The translations under genes were made by a program, and so were the position numbers. Under the pieces are notes generated by a model. That model did no database searches and was not told where the DNA came from. It was given only the letters and a program-made list of their open reading frames with translations. A stretch of 58,564 bases of DNA, filler included, from Stramenopiles sp. TOSAG23-3 (taxonomy: Eukaryota), in assembly GCA_900128585.1 (NCBI GenBank). It is 6 parts of 6 records of this genome, joined end to end, with 100 filler letters (N's around TTAATTAATTAA, not from the genome) between each part and the next. Parts side by side here need not be neighbours in the genome. Positions count along the whole stretch, not along the records: positions 17,455 to 31,121 come from LT642617.1; positions 31,222 to 44,858 come from LT642618.1; 4 more parts are not named here. One strand, written 5' to 3'. Positions 21,625 to 32,171 of the stretch are shown in pieces (position 1 is the first letter of the stretch; every line of letters starts with the position of its first letter).

Positions 21625-21839
21625 CACCTTTTCTTCTTTCTTCTTCAATATCTTCTTCTTGAAAGGAAAGATAATACTAATATTTAAGTACAAAATAGAT
21701 ATTTCAAATAAATTATAAATAATAATATTCAATAGTGACCTTAAATACTGGAAACTATAGTCTAATAATTTAAATTATTATTTTAATTTTTTCTTTCTTT
21801 CTTTGTTTCTTTCTTTGTTTGTTTGTTTGTTTGTTTGTT

Positions 21840-21871
<32 letters not shown>

Positions 21872-21877
21872 ACTTTC

Positions 21878-21908
<31 letters not shown>

Positions 21909-21941
21909 GTTTCTTTCTTTCTTTCTTCCTTCCTTCTTCTT
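21524..21941. repeat. Opposed microsatellite tracts, (GAAA)n at ~21524-21622 and (CTTT/GTTT)n at ~21792-21941
   Basis: Directly visible in the divergent Rab32/LDAH intergenic region. Confidence 0.9.
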
Positions 21942-22253
21942 CCGTCGTACCCTCATACCTCCTTCCTTATTATTCAATGTAAATATTAATAATAAAATAA
22001 TAGAAGAAGAATTGAGAATTGATAATAATTGGTTGTTGTTTTCATCAAGTTGTGTTGAGTGATGTTCTTCTTTTTCTTCTTCTTCTGGAATTTTTTTCAT
22101 GTTTATTTTTTATATGTATACAGAGAAATGAATGCTCACTCCTTATTTTCTTTCCACAAAAGGACTTTGTGTTTCTCTCTCTATTTTATGCCAATCCGTT
22201 TTCGNNNNNNNNNNNCCCCCCCCCCCCCTCCCTTCTCGTGCAGCGTGTGTTTG

Positions 22254-23442
22254 ATGAGCCGTAACCCTGTTCGGTCGAAAACTTTATGGTGGCCTTTGGC
22301 GTCTCGGAGCGGGCAGAAGGTTTCGACGTGTGTTCTACGGGCCTTTCGTGAAGGGAATGATCCTGCGAAGGGAGAAGAATTTATAAAAAAGAGGAATGGC
22401 AGTTCGGACGTCATATTTGTACTAATTCCTGGGAATCCTGGGACACCCCACTTTTATGAATTATTTTTGAGAAATATTGTTGCCTCATCGGACGTCGTCT
22501 CGGAAGCGTACTGTATTGGGCACACAGGGCACACCCGATCAACAACGGGCGCCACGGAGAGGTACGAGAGCTTTTCGTACCACGACCAGGCTTACCACAA
22601 AGTCCTTGCTTTGGAGGAGTACATTTTTAAACCAGGCAAGCGCGTTGTTCTATGCGGCCACTCGATTGTAAGTTCACCCCCACCATTCCCCTACCGTACC
22701 GTATAATGATGGCCCGTCCCTAACCACTCAACGTTTGGTTCTTCTTCTCCTGTCTGCTGTACGTCTACTGCAGGGCGGGTGGATTTTGATCGATGTTCTC
22801 CGTCGACTGGACTGCACCCCCCGGGGCCGATTGTCACTAAAATCAATCGTCGGCGGACTGTGCATGTTTCCTACAATAATGGACATTGGGCAGACCCCCA
22901 ATGGGAAATCAATGACGCCGTTGCTGTCAAGCCCAATCTTCCGGTCTGTGAACGAGTGCCTCGCGGGGTGCTTGAGCTCTTGGTGTCCCCAGCCAATCCT
23001 GAAACGAGTTGTCCAGTTCATTGTGCCCTCGTTGAATTCGCACGACGTGGAGATAGTCACAGAGCACCTTCTTGACGGGGAAGTATGCAAGCAAGCAATG
23101 CACATGGGCCGCACGGAAATGCTCGGCTTGAAAGACCCAGACAGGGAAACAATCGGTAAATTTGCAGAAAAACTGTACTTTTACTACGGGCCGAACGACC
23201 AGTGGGCTCAACCCGTCGAGGAGCACATGAACGAGGTAAAGCAATGCGTATACGATGCTCACAAAGAGTTCATAGTCGACTTGAACGATATGGTTCGTTT
23301 AGACGACAAAGACTTGCCCCATGCATGCACGTTAGGGGAACACAACAGCACCCTCATGGCAAACATATTTTTGAATGAGTTTTTACCAAATATGTTGAAA
23401 CCAATTACCAAAAGTGGAATGACATTACGTCGTCGTAAATAA
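22254..23442 (+). CDS. LDAH: Lipid droplet-associated hydrolase (LDAH/DUF2305), two exons: 22254-22667 and 22774-23442
   Basis: IPGNPG motif is present. Splicing the GTAAGT...CAG intron joins GHSI to GGW, restoring GHSIG. LFPT-like MFPT, YYGPNDQW and PHA motifs follow. The start is uncertain (small N gap upstream). Confidence 0.85.
22668..22773 (+). other. Spliceosomal (U2-type) intron, 106 nt, phase 0
   Basis: Donor GTAAGT, branch-like CCCTAAC at 22718-22724, polypyrimidine tract and acceptor CTGCAG. Confidence 0.88.
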
Positions 23443-23944
23443 TCATCCTCCAAATGTGTGTGTGTGTGTGTGTATAAATAATAATAAATCATACTTCTTC
23501 TTCTTTTGTTGGCGTACCAAGTATTACTTACATTTTATTATGATAATTAATAAAATAACAGCCAATTTTCTTCTTGTTTTAATATTTTTTCTTCTTCCTG
23601 TTAAGGTTTTTTTGTTTTAACATTATTATATAGACACAACAATGTAAAAAACTTAAATATGTTTCAACGTTTTTTTTTCCTTCATTCACCATCATCATCA
23701 CATTCACATCATATTTTATTACTGTAATTTATTATTTGTATCAAAAAAATGCCCATAATAAATAATACACTTTTGTTGTGGATAATAAATGCGATTAAAA
23801 AAAAGAAATCATTTCATTTTTAAATAGATACACACATTTGTCATAACGAAGAGAGTGAGAGGGAGACAGACAGACAGAGAGAGAGAGAGAGAGAGAGTGT
23901 GTGTGTGTTGTACGAAAGAAAGCAAGGTTATAAATAATTTTTTC

Positions 23945-24700
23945 ATGTCTTTTCTATCTCTAATTCGACGGGTTGGGACTAGACCGGTGCGTTCATCGAT
24001 AGGAAGGGCGGTGGGACGAGAAGTGTGGGTGTCGTCCCCAGGGCGTTGTTTTTCTGTAGGCGGTGGTGGGGATGGAGACGTTGGGAGTTATGGTGCGTGC
24101 TGGTCTTGCGGGGCACCGTTGACGGGCATGTTCTTTTGCGGGTCATGCGAGAAGGTTCAGGATGCGACGGAGGGAACCTCTCCGTACGAAGTGTTTGGGC
24201 TGGCAAAGACGTTTTCGGTAGACCTGAAAGATGCGGAGCGGCGGTACTGGGGACTGCAGAAGCAGTTGCACCCTGACAAGTTTGCCCTGACGGAGGAAGT
24301 GGAGCAAGAGTACGCTGGGCGCCAGTCGACCCTAGTCAACGAGTGCTACGAAACGTTAAAGCACCCGGTGCTCAGGGGAAAGTTTTTGTTGGAAGAGCAT
24401 GGGGTGGAGCCGCTGGGGGAAAGCGTAGGAACGGGCGACGTCCCGATGGAACTTTTGATGCTGGTCATGGAAATCCGCGAAGAGATCGAGCACTTGAGCC
24501 CCGGGGACAAGGCGGCAGCGAGCAGAATTCTGGAGAAGGCGAACGGTATGATGGACTCGTGCGGGGAGGAGTTTGCGAGCGCCATGGAGGGGGGCGAAAC
24601 CCCGGACCTGGACGCTGCATCGAGCAGCCTCGTTCGATTGCAGTACTTGCGCAAAATAGTCGACGAAGTGCACGCCAAGAGCGAGGAAATTCTAATGTAA
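23945..24700 (+). CDS. HSCB: Mitochondrial Fe-S co-chaperone HscB/HSC20 (Jac1)
   Basis: Targeting peptide, CWSC...FFCGSC zinc motif, J-domain LHPDKF, STLVNECYETLKHPVLRGKFLL and C-terminal LQYLRKI. Confidence 0.92.
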   Translation: MSFLSLIRRVGTRPVRSSIGRAVGREVWVSSPGRCFSVGGGGDGDVGSYGACWSCGAPLTGMFFCGSCEKVQDATEGTSPYEVFGLAKTFSVDLKDAERRYWGLQKQLHPDKFALTEEVEQEYAGRQSTLVNECYETLKHPVLRGKFLLEEHGVEPLGESVGTGDVPMELLMLVMEIREEIEHLSPGDKAAASRILEKANGMMDSCGEEFASAMEGGETPDLDAASSSLVRLQYLRKIVDEVHAKSEEILM

Positions 24701-24877
24701 AAAGGGAGTGAGGTAACATATAGAAACAAATTATATATAGTATGTTTTAAGTCAAAAAAGAAAAGAAAAAAGAAGGTAAAACCGTAACATATAGTATAGG
24801 AAAAAAAACAAAATTAATAGTTTTGTGCGAAGTCGAGCGATTTCAGACCTTTTCGCAGCTTACATGCAGGTATTTTA

Positions 24878-25516
24878 CTAATTGCTCATCTTACTCTTCA
24901 TGTTCTTCTCGTAATCCTCTGGAGTCCCTGCGCCCACCACACCGCTCTCTTGGGCAAACTTTCGGAGCATTTGCATGACCTCGGTTTCCAGCTCTTCCGG
25001 GACGTCGTCCCGTTCGATGATAAAATTGTAGATGTCCAGGGTTTCCTGGTTCAAAATGGCCTCGTATTGGACCAACTGTTCCTCGTTCAGGGTCATGACA
25101 AACTCCGACGCCCAGCTTCCAAGGAGCAAGTCCACCTCCAGCCAGCCACGCTGCTTGCTTCGGTAGATCAAGCGTTTACGGTTCGCCAAGTCTTTGTCGA
25201 CGTCCGTTCGCCCGGGGGCAAAACTGTGCTCTGGGAACTCCATCTTCAGTTCATGGTGTTTTTTTCGCAACTCCTCGTCCCGCTCTTTCGCCAACGAGCC
25301 AAACTGCCCTACAAGCTCTTCCGTCGTCGTCGGAATAAACTCCGACCCAGGCGCATAAGGCTTGTCCCCAACATCAAGGCATGGCCCTGTGACTCTATGA
25401 AAACGCCTCACTGTTGGGTTTGCGCCCCGAGCAAGTTGGACTGAGCTCGTCAACCGACGCGCAGCGCATCGGGAGAGGGGCGTACTACTAGTTACACGAA
25501 ACAAAAGCGAATGCAT
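24878..25516 (-). CDS. SDHAF2: Succinate dehydrogenase assembly factor 2 (Sdh5/SdhE)
   Basis: RKRLIYRSKQRGWLEVDLLLG is the RGxxE motif. A mitochondrial presequence starts at ATG 25516. Confidence 0.92.
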   Translation of the reverse strand: MHSLLFRVTSSTPLSRCAARRLTSSVQLARGANPTVRRFHRVTGPCLDVGDKPYAPGSEFIPTTTEELVGQFGSLAKERDEELRKKHHELKMEFPEHSFAPGRTDVDKDLANRKRLIYRSKQRGWLEVDLLLGSWASEFVMTLNEEQLVQYEAILNQETLDIYNFIIERDDVPEELETEVMQMLRKFAQESGVVGAGTPEDYEKNMKSKMSN

Positions 25517-25741
25517 TGTATAGAAACAAATCAATACAGTGGATAGAGAAGGAAAGTTCGGTTGAAGGTACAAAACGTAAACGCATCAACGTGTTTGAAA
25601 GGATAGATTTTGCGCTTTCCATATGTAACGAATCATCTACTTTTCTGATTTAAATACAAAAATGAATGTATCTATATGGGATTTCATTATAATAGTTAGG
25701 TAGGCACAGTGGGGTGGGTGGTGGGCGGGAGGATGGATGGA

Positions 25742-25779
<38 letters not shown>

Positions 25780-25786
25780 AAAAAAA

Positions 25787-25818
<32 letters not shown>

Positions 25819-25975
25819 AAAAAAAGAAGAAGAAGAAGAAGAAGAAGAGANNNNCCCCCCCCCCCCCCCCCCCCCCCCCAAACTACCTCGATTATTTCGT
25901 TCGTGTGTTCTTCCGTGTATTTGTTGTGGCAGTTCAGCTTCCGTTTTCCCCCCCAATCAATCATCATGGCATTGA

Positions 25976-27079
25976 TTAGAAGACCCCCTCCAATTCCACG
26001 TGGAAGAGTCGAAAGATGTGCGGGGGTGACCATTTCGTCGTGCACGTGACTTTGTCGTAGTAATAGTAAGCTTGCTGGCCTTGATCGTACACTTTTTCGT
26101 ACCGGTCCATGAGCATCATTTGAATGTTCTTTCGAGCCTTTCGCTTCCTCCAGAGTCCTTGGATTTTGAACGCCGCCTCTAGCTCCTCCCGTTCCTGGGC
26201 CTCTCGCTCTTCCCGAAGGCGGGCAGCAAGGATCCGGCGCTCCTCCGCCAACCGTTTCCGTTTCTCTCGTTCGTAGGCTTCCAGCTTGTCCATGGATATC
26301 CCGTGAAGGATGGCGTTTTCCCACTGTTTGATCTTTTTGGTTTCGTACTTTTTGTCCTGCCCGAACGCCGCACTGTACTTTCCCTTCTTGTCGTACTCGC
26401 GCTGGCGGAGCAAACTGAGCCTCGCCTGTGCGGGTTCCAAGTGTTTGTTTTTCCACTTCTTCAGCTCCAGGACCCAGTCCCGCTCGTCTTCGTGGTGCCA
26501 CTCCAGGTTGGTCAAAAATATTTCCTTCGTTACGACCGGGACAAGGTGGACGGTAGGGACGGTGATCCCACGGGCCTCTAGCAGGCCTTTAAAGTGGTGT
26601 ATGTACATTTTCACCGCCCCGTACTCGCGGCACAGGTCATCGATCGTTTCCAGGGCCTCCTCCCGTGCCGCCGCCCTCAACTCTTCCACGGTCGGCCCTT
26701 TCTCCACGGACTCCTCGTCGTCCTCGCTCCCAGAAGAGGACCCCCCGCTCCCGCTCCCCCCAGACGAACTATCGCTGTTCGAGCTGCTATCGCTCGAGTC
26801 CGAGTCCGAGTCCGACCCTTTTTTCTTCTTTTTCTTCTTTTTCTTCTTCTTCTTCTTCTTTCCCTTTTTGCTCCCCTTGCTGCTTCTGCTTCCGGACGTC
26901 TTCGACGACCCCGCCGTCGTCGGACGGCTCTGTGCAGTGGAGGGCCGGCTTTTCGCGGCCGTGCTCGGCCGACTGCCACCACTCTCTCCCTCACCCCCCT
27001 CATTGTCTGTTTTTCCCTCTCCGCCTTTCCCCTCCGTCTCCGTTTTACTAGTCTTCCCCGCCTTCTTTTTCTTCGGCAT
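25976..27079 (-). CDS. Lys/Ser-rich coiled-coil protein with C-terminal IQ motif and WW-like domain
   Basis: AAFKIQGLWRKRKAR (IQ) and YEKVYD...AYYYYDKVTCTTKWSPP (WW-like); N-terminal RPSTA repeats and poly-K. Confidence 0.75.
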   Translation of the reverse strand: MPKKKKAGKTSKTETEGKGGEGKTDNEGGEGESGGSRPSTAAKSRPSTAQSRPTTAGSSKTSGSRSSKGSKKGKKKKKKKKKKKKKKGSDSDSDSSDSSSNSDSSSGGSGSGGSSSGSEDDEESVEKGPTVEELRAAAREEALETIDDLCREYGAVKMYIHHFKGLLEARGITVPTVHLVPVVTKEIFLTNLEWHHEDERDWVLELKKWKNKHLEPAQARLSLLRQREYDKKGKYSAAFGQDKKYETKKIKQWENAILHGISMDKLEAYEREKRKRLAEERRILAARLREEREAQEREELEAAFKIQGLWRKRKARKNIQMMLMDRYEKVYDQGQQAYYYYDKVTCTTKWSPPHIFRLFHVELEGVF

Positions 27080-27566
27080 ACTTCCAACCTCGCCGCCTAT
27101 GCACACACGGGCACTTACTCAGTTATTTCGCAATTACTCAATCCCTATTAAAAAAGGACCACCAAGGTGAACGTCAATACGCCTTCCCTTAAGAACAGCA
27201 AATTATGCTTAACCATAGATTGGTTAGTTTCTTCTTCATTCCATTTTTCCACCACTTGTTGGTCTACTTTTTTTTATTACAATTTTTATAGTACTAATAA
27301 ATATAACGGAAATAAAAAAGAAAGAGAAAAAAAGGTTTTCATAATATTTTAAATAACCTATCAAGTGTAGTAGTCTATAATATATTATAACTATAATACT
27401 ATTTCTATCATCCATCACCAATCGAAGAATGAGATGAGATATTCGTCTGTCATTTCTTCTTCTTCTTTTTCTTCTTCTTCATAAAAATATTTTTAGTTAA
27501 AAAAAATTATTTAATAAAAAATATTATTATATAATCATCTCACATATCTCATCATCGGAGGAGAAA

Positions 27567-27672
27567 GAAAGTCGAGAGAGATAATAAATCTTTGTTGCTT
27601 CCTTTCACTTCTTCATATCGAAAGTCGAGAGAGATAATAGATCTTTGTTGCTTCATTTCACTTCTTCATATC
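27567..27672 (+). repeat. 53-bp tandem duplication (2 mismatches)
   Basis: GAAAGTCGAGAGAGATAATA(A/G)ATCTTTGTTGCTTC(C/A)TTTCACTTCTTCATATC occurs twice, at 27567-27619 and 27620-27672. Confidence 0.9.
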
Positions 27673-27713
27673 GATCAGCTCTTTGACTGAAAATTATTAC
27701 TCCAGCTATACCA

Positions 27714-28370
27714 CTACAAATTGTTTCCTCCTGCAGTTTTTAATTTTTCTTCTTTCATTAAATCTTCAAAACTAGGGGCTTCGTCAAGTTCCTTCATCAA
27801 GTCTTCTATCTCTTTCCGTTTCTTCTCCATCTCTGCCTTTTTCTTTCGATCCACGCGAGCCTGTCGTTCCGCGTCCGATTCGGGCAACGTCCCCCACTCC
27901 GCTTGAAGCTCCTGGACTCGTTTGTTGGCCTCCTTTTCGACAAAAGCGTGCTCGGCCGTCGCCGCGATTTCCCGGGTCTGTTCGCTTAGCTTTCCAATCT
28001 TTACAATGTCGTCTCTTATGCAGCCCGCCACATTTCGCTGCTGCTCCGTGAGGGCTCGAAAGTTGCCAAAGTTCGGTAATTTCCCTTTCTGCCGGACTAC
28101 AATAAAAAATTCGTTGGGTCCTGGAACGGACAATTTACACTTCTTTACAGACAACACTTCCCCCGTCCACTCCATGGTGACGCGGTACACCCCTTTCCGC
28201 TGCAGGCATGAGGTAACTTTCCTGACACTCTCCCGGTACGTTTCCTTGACGTACGCACTGAACTTCTCGTCCTCCTCCGTGGTGCTCGTCGCACCAGCCG
28301 CCGGCTTGCTCGCTTTCGTTTTCGGCGACGCCTTCTTGCTTGTTGACGCGGCTGCGTTTGCTAAATTCAT
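27714..28370 (-). CDS. Hypothetical protein with C-terminal coiled coil
   Basis: GC-rich ORF island between AT-rich flanks; likely start MNLANAA at 28370; no recognisable motif. Confidence 0.65.
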   Translation of the reverse strand: MNLANAAASTSKKASPKTKASKPAAGATSTTEEDEKFSAYVKETYRESVRKVTSCLQRKGVYRVTMEWTGEVLSVKKCKLSVPGPNEFFIVVRQKGKLPNFGNFRALTEQQRNVAGCIRDDIVKIGKLSEQTREIAATAEHAFVEKEANKRVQELQAEWGTLPESDAERQARVDRKKKAEMEKKRKEIEDLMKELDEAPSFEDLMKEEKLKTAGGNNL

Positions 28371-28794
28371 CGTTGAAGTGGTGAAACGCACTCGAGAAGA
28401 AATAGAGGTAATATGCAATAGGGCGAGTGGAGATGGGACGAAGAAAAGACAAGAAAGATTCTTTTGTTTGGAGCGAATTGGTATTTGTAGTCGTTTCATT
28501 TGTATGTAATAAATCTGTTTGCTTCTTTTTAATGCAAAGGTATAATTATAATAATTAAAAAAGCCTTTTTTTTTTAAAAAAAGTCTATACTACTACTATA
28601 TATATAAACTATTGATAAATATAAATTGATTGATTGATTGATTGATGATCGTCTCTTCATTATTATTATAGTTGTATTTGTATATAAATATTAAGGATAT
28701 TTTATGTGCCTCCGCCTTCTTTATAATAATGTTTTTTGTGTTTTTATAAAAAAATAATTTATACATAGAGACTATGTGTTTGAGGGATATAAAA

Positions 28795-29185
28795 AACACA
28801 AAATTGGCTGTGTTATTTTAAAAAACAAATTATATAGTATGTTTTAAGACTCTCATTTTAAATCAATTACTATTTCAGTCCCAACCCTAAATCTGTGTTA
28901 TTTATATAGAGTAAATTAAAATATGTTGTATAAAAAGAAAAAAGAAGGTGTTAGTGTGTCAGTTCAAGGACAATATCTCCTCCTATTGCAGATCTTCCCC
29001 AAGTTCTGGTCAAGATTCCAGTTGATTGGTCTTAAAAAGTACACAGCGGCATAAATGAGGGATATTATAATTAACATTTGTGACTGGACATGAGGAGCAG
29101 AAATAATTTCGTGGTACACGAAGAAGATAATTCGTAAATTTTAAACATCATACCCCTAAATAACAGCCATTATTTTGTTTTTATT
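28795..29185. repeat. Intergenic repeat family: inverted core pair enclosing module C
   Basis: AAAATTGGCTGTGTTATTTT (~28800) and AAATAACAGCCATTATTTTGTT (~29158) flank module C at 28822-28893. Parts are also shared with 24724-24777. Confidence 0.7.
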
Positions 29186-29229
29186 AACAAAGACTTCGAC
29201 TTCTTCTTGCCTCCCCTATACGGAGACGA

Positions 29230-31121
29230 CTAGACCTTTTTTTGCAAGGCTTGTAAAATTGCACTAAGCTGTGCCTCCATCTTCGCTTGGTTTGACTCCA
29301 TCTTCGCTTGGTTTGACTCTATCTTCGCTAGTTTTGCCTCCATCTTCGCTTGGCTTGCCTCCATCTTCGCTAGTTTTGCCTCCACCTTCGCTTGGTTCGC
29401 CTCCAGCTTTCTTTCCACCCCAGCTATCTCATTCTTCACCGCTTTCAACCGGCCTTCCCATTGGTTCTGACTGGTCATGATCGCATTTTCCGCAGCGTCA
29501 TCCTTCACCGTGCAAATATGCAAATGCATTGTGGCAAATAAAGAGTGATTCTTTGGCAAGTCGATTAGCAAATCTGCAGACACCCTTGCCTTTGCTTTGA
29601 ACGACTGAATCTGCAAATTCTCCTGAACGTTATCAAACGAATCCGCCATGATCGCAATCAGCATGTTCAACATCACAATCACGACAAAAAATAAAAACAC
29701 AGAGATGAAGATACGACCTGTGGTTCCTATCACTACATCACCGTACTGCAGGAAAAATTCCATTTCCGTCAAACCGTACATCATGTTGTAGACCGTTTCG
29801 AATGCTTCAAAGTTGGAAAAGACGGTGTCTCCGCGGTACAAGACTTTGAACCCCATCGTAAACGCAAAGATAATTATTCCGAGCATCACCATAAACGCCC
29901 GAATGTCCAGTAAGATTTGGGTGAACGTTGTGATCAAAACGCTGAATTTCTGGAAGCCGCGAATCTTGTTAAACGTTCCCATCAGCATCAAAACAACCGC
30001 GACCGAGTGAACTACTTCCTGGTATTGGATATCCAGCCAATTCTTGGTGGCGACGGAGGTTAACGCAAGCGAATACGATATTAGCTCGTAACGATTCCAC
30101 CCTGAATTGAAATGTTTTCGAACCCCCCTTCGAGCTATGTGCCGCATTTCCGACAAAACGAACCATAATATAATGATTCCAGACGCCATCAAGAAATAAA
30201 GGCTGGTCTGGAACCAAATGGTGTCTGGCTTGAACAAATTGGTGAAGTGGCCAAACGTGAAGAGAGAAGTCCCCAGGAGGTAAACAATGCACTGTCGCAA
30301 GTAGACCTTAAGCAGGTGGTCCCACAGGTACGTTACTATGTATTGCATGGCTTTGGTTTGAAACGTTTTGAGGGATGCGTTCTCCAGCAAATTAATGAGC
30401 ATTGTTTTCTCAAACATTGTGGCCAACTCAATGCGGTACGTTTGGACTTCCACTATGTTTTTTCCCGTCTTTCCTGTAAAGAGGGGCTCTGGTGGATGAT
30501 AGTCTGGAAATTTTTTAAACAGCGGTTTGGTTAACGTAAACCTGGGGATTCTGTTTGTATTGGTCTTCTTCATGATGCGCCCATAAATGTGTTCTACAAC
30601 ATCATGGTACGACAAATCCAACAATGCTGGCAAGGAATGTACTAGCGATTCAGTGGTGTATTCGCTCTCTTTGCAACATGCTTTTGTTAGCAAGAGACAT
30701 TTTTCATGGCTTTTCTGTTCAATGGCCAAATCCAAAGGCGTGTTCCCATTACCGTCCGGTAAAAGTGCAATCGGGTTGGTGATGTCACGAAGCAGCGACG
30801 GGCCTCCTTCTGAAACGCAACGGTGCAGGAGTGTAGTCTTTGTGCTTGGGTGCGGTCGGTAGAGCAAACTGGAGTTTGCGGTGGACAGCGGTTTCAGCCC
30901 GGTGAGAAGAATTTCTTCCGGGTGGGCCAGGTCAGGGCAGTACACCGTGAGTTTGTTATCCTCACCACCCGCTGCTATATATTTCGAATCGTGCGAGAAG
31001 GCGATGGAATTAACGTAATTCTTGTGTTGAAATTCATGAACTTGTGCCTTTGACGTAAGGTCGTACACCGTGAGTTTCTTATCATCACCACCCGCTGCTA
31101 TATATTTCGAATCGTGCGAGA
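29230..31121 (-). CDS. TRP-like cation channel with N-terminal high-identity WD40 repeats, ankyrin repeats and C-terminal heptad coiled coil (5' truncated)
   Basis: WD40 units (SIAFSHDSKYIAAGG.D.KLTVYD), ankyrin motifs (TLLHRC, DGNGNTPLDLAI), six TM segments with SGWNRYEL and pore helix, S6 VVIVMLNMLIAIMADSFDNV typical of TRP channels, then QAKMEA heptads. Confidence 0.85.
29272..29410 (-). repeat. 21-nt coding minisatellite (about 6 heptads, EA/SxQAKM)
   Basis: Units such as GCCTCCATCTTCGCTTGGTTT repeated. Confidence 0.9.
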
Positions 31122-31221
31122 NNNNNNNNNNNNNNNNNNNNNNNNNNNNNNNNNNNNNNNNNNNNTTAATTAATTAANNNNNNNNNNNNNNNNNNNNNNN
31201 NNNNNNNNNNNNNNNNNNNNN
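31122..31221. other. Artificial contig linker
   Basis: 44N-TTAATTAATTAA-44N. Confidence 0.97.
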
Positions 31222-31222
31222 A

Positions 31223-31294
<72 letters not shown>

Positions 31295-31298
31295 AAAG
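31222..31298 (+). repeat. (GAAA)n microsatellite at contig start
   Basis: Directly visible. Confidence 0.95.
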
Positions 31299-32171
31299 AG
31301 GAACGAACAACAAGGACTAAATAACAGTAACAGTTTCATCGTGTCATTTTAGATTTTTAGATTTTTAGATTCTCTCTCAGTTCTCAGACTCTCAGCTCTC
31401 AGCTCTCAGCTCTCAGACTCTCTTCTCTCTCAGAGTGCGCTATTATTACTGTAATACAGTTAAAATTATTATATATTATTGTACATTTATAATTGAAAAT
31501 CTAATTTATTTAACGGACAATATAGTTATAAGTACAACAGTAGTCCTCTATGATAATAAAGAAGACAAGAGAAGATAAATAAGACCAGCACATGAAATAA
31601 AGGAATTAATTATTATTAGAAAGAAAGAAAGAAAGAAAAGAAAGAAAGAAGAAATTAAAAAAATGAAGAATTAATAGAATTAAAAGTATTAGTAAATAGA
31701 ATCATCTAAAACTAAAAATATACGTTACATGAGATGATGATATTAAGTACAATAGTATTATAAATGGTACAGTACACAGTACGTATATGAAATAATAGGT
31801 AGGATAGATGAATTAAAAAATACAACAACAAAAAAATAATACAAAAAAATAATACAAAAAAACGATTATTATTATTTATACTGTCAGTAGTAGTACTACC
31901 ACGACGGGCAAAATAATTAATTATTGCAAGAAAGAAAAAAGAAAGAAAAAAGAAAGAAAAAAGAAAGAATATTTATTATATACCATACATTAAAAGTTAT
32001 TATTTACATTAATCCCAAGGTAGAAAAAGGTTTCAAACAACCACCACTTAACAAAGCGATTTATAAACTGTGTTGATTGTTTATTGATCTATCTATCTAT
32101 ACGAACGTATTAAAGCAAAAGAACAACGGTCTACATACTACGACGGACTTCCCCCCCCCTATCCCCGTACC

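Noticed and set aside
25650-26049. ORFs with poly-K/poly-F/poly-P
   Set aside because: Translations of poly-A and poly-C tracts next to a small gap; low-complexity non-coding sequence.
27360-27377. ATCAAGTGTAGTA resembling the U2 snRNA branch-pairing region
   Set aside because: Short match in very AT-rich DNA; flanking U2 stems and the Sm site are absent.
27567-27672. Repeat pair as a possible CRISPR array
   Set aside because: Head-to-tail duplication with no spacer and no cas genes, in a eukaryotic context.
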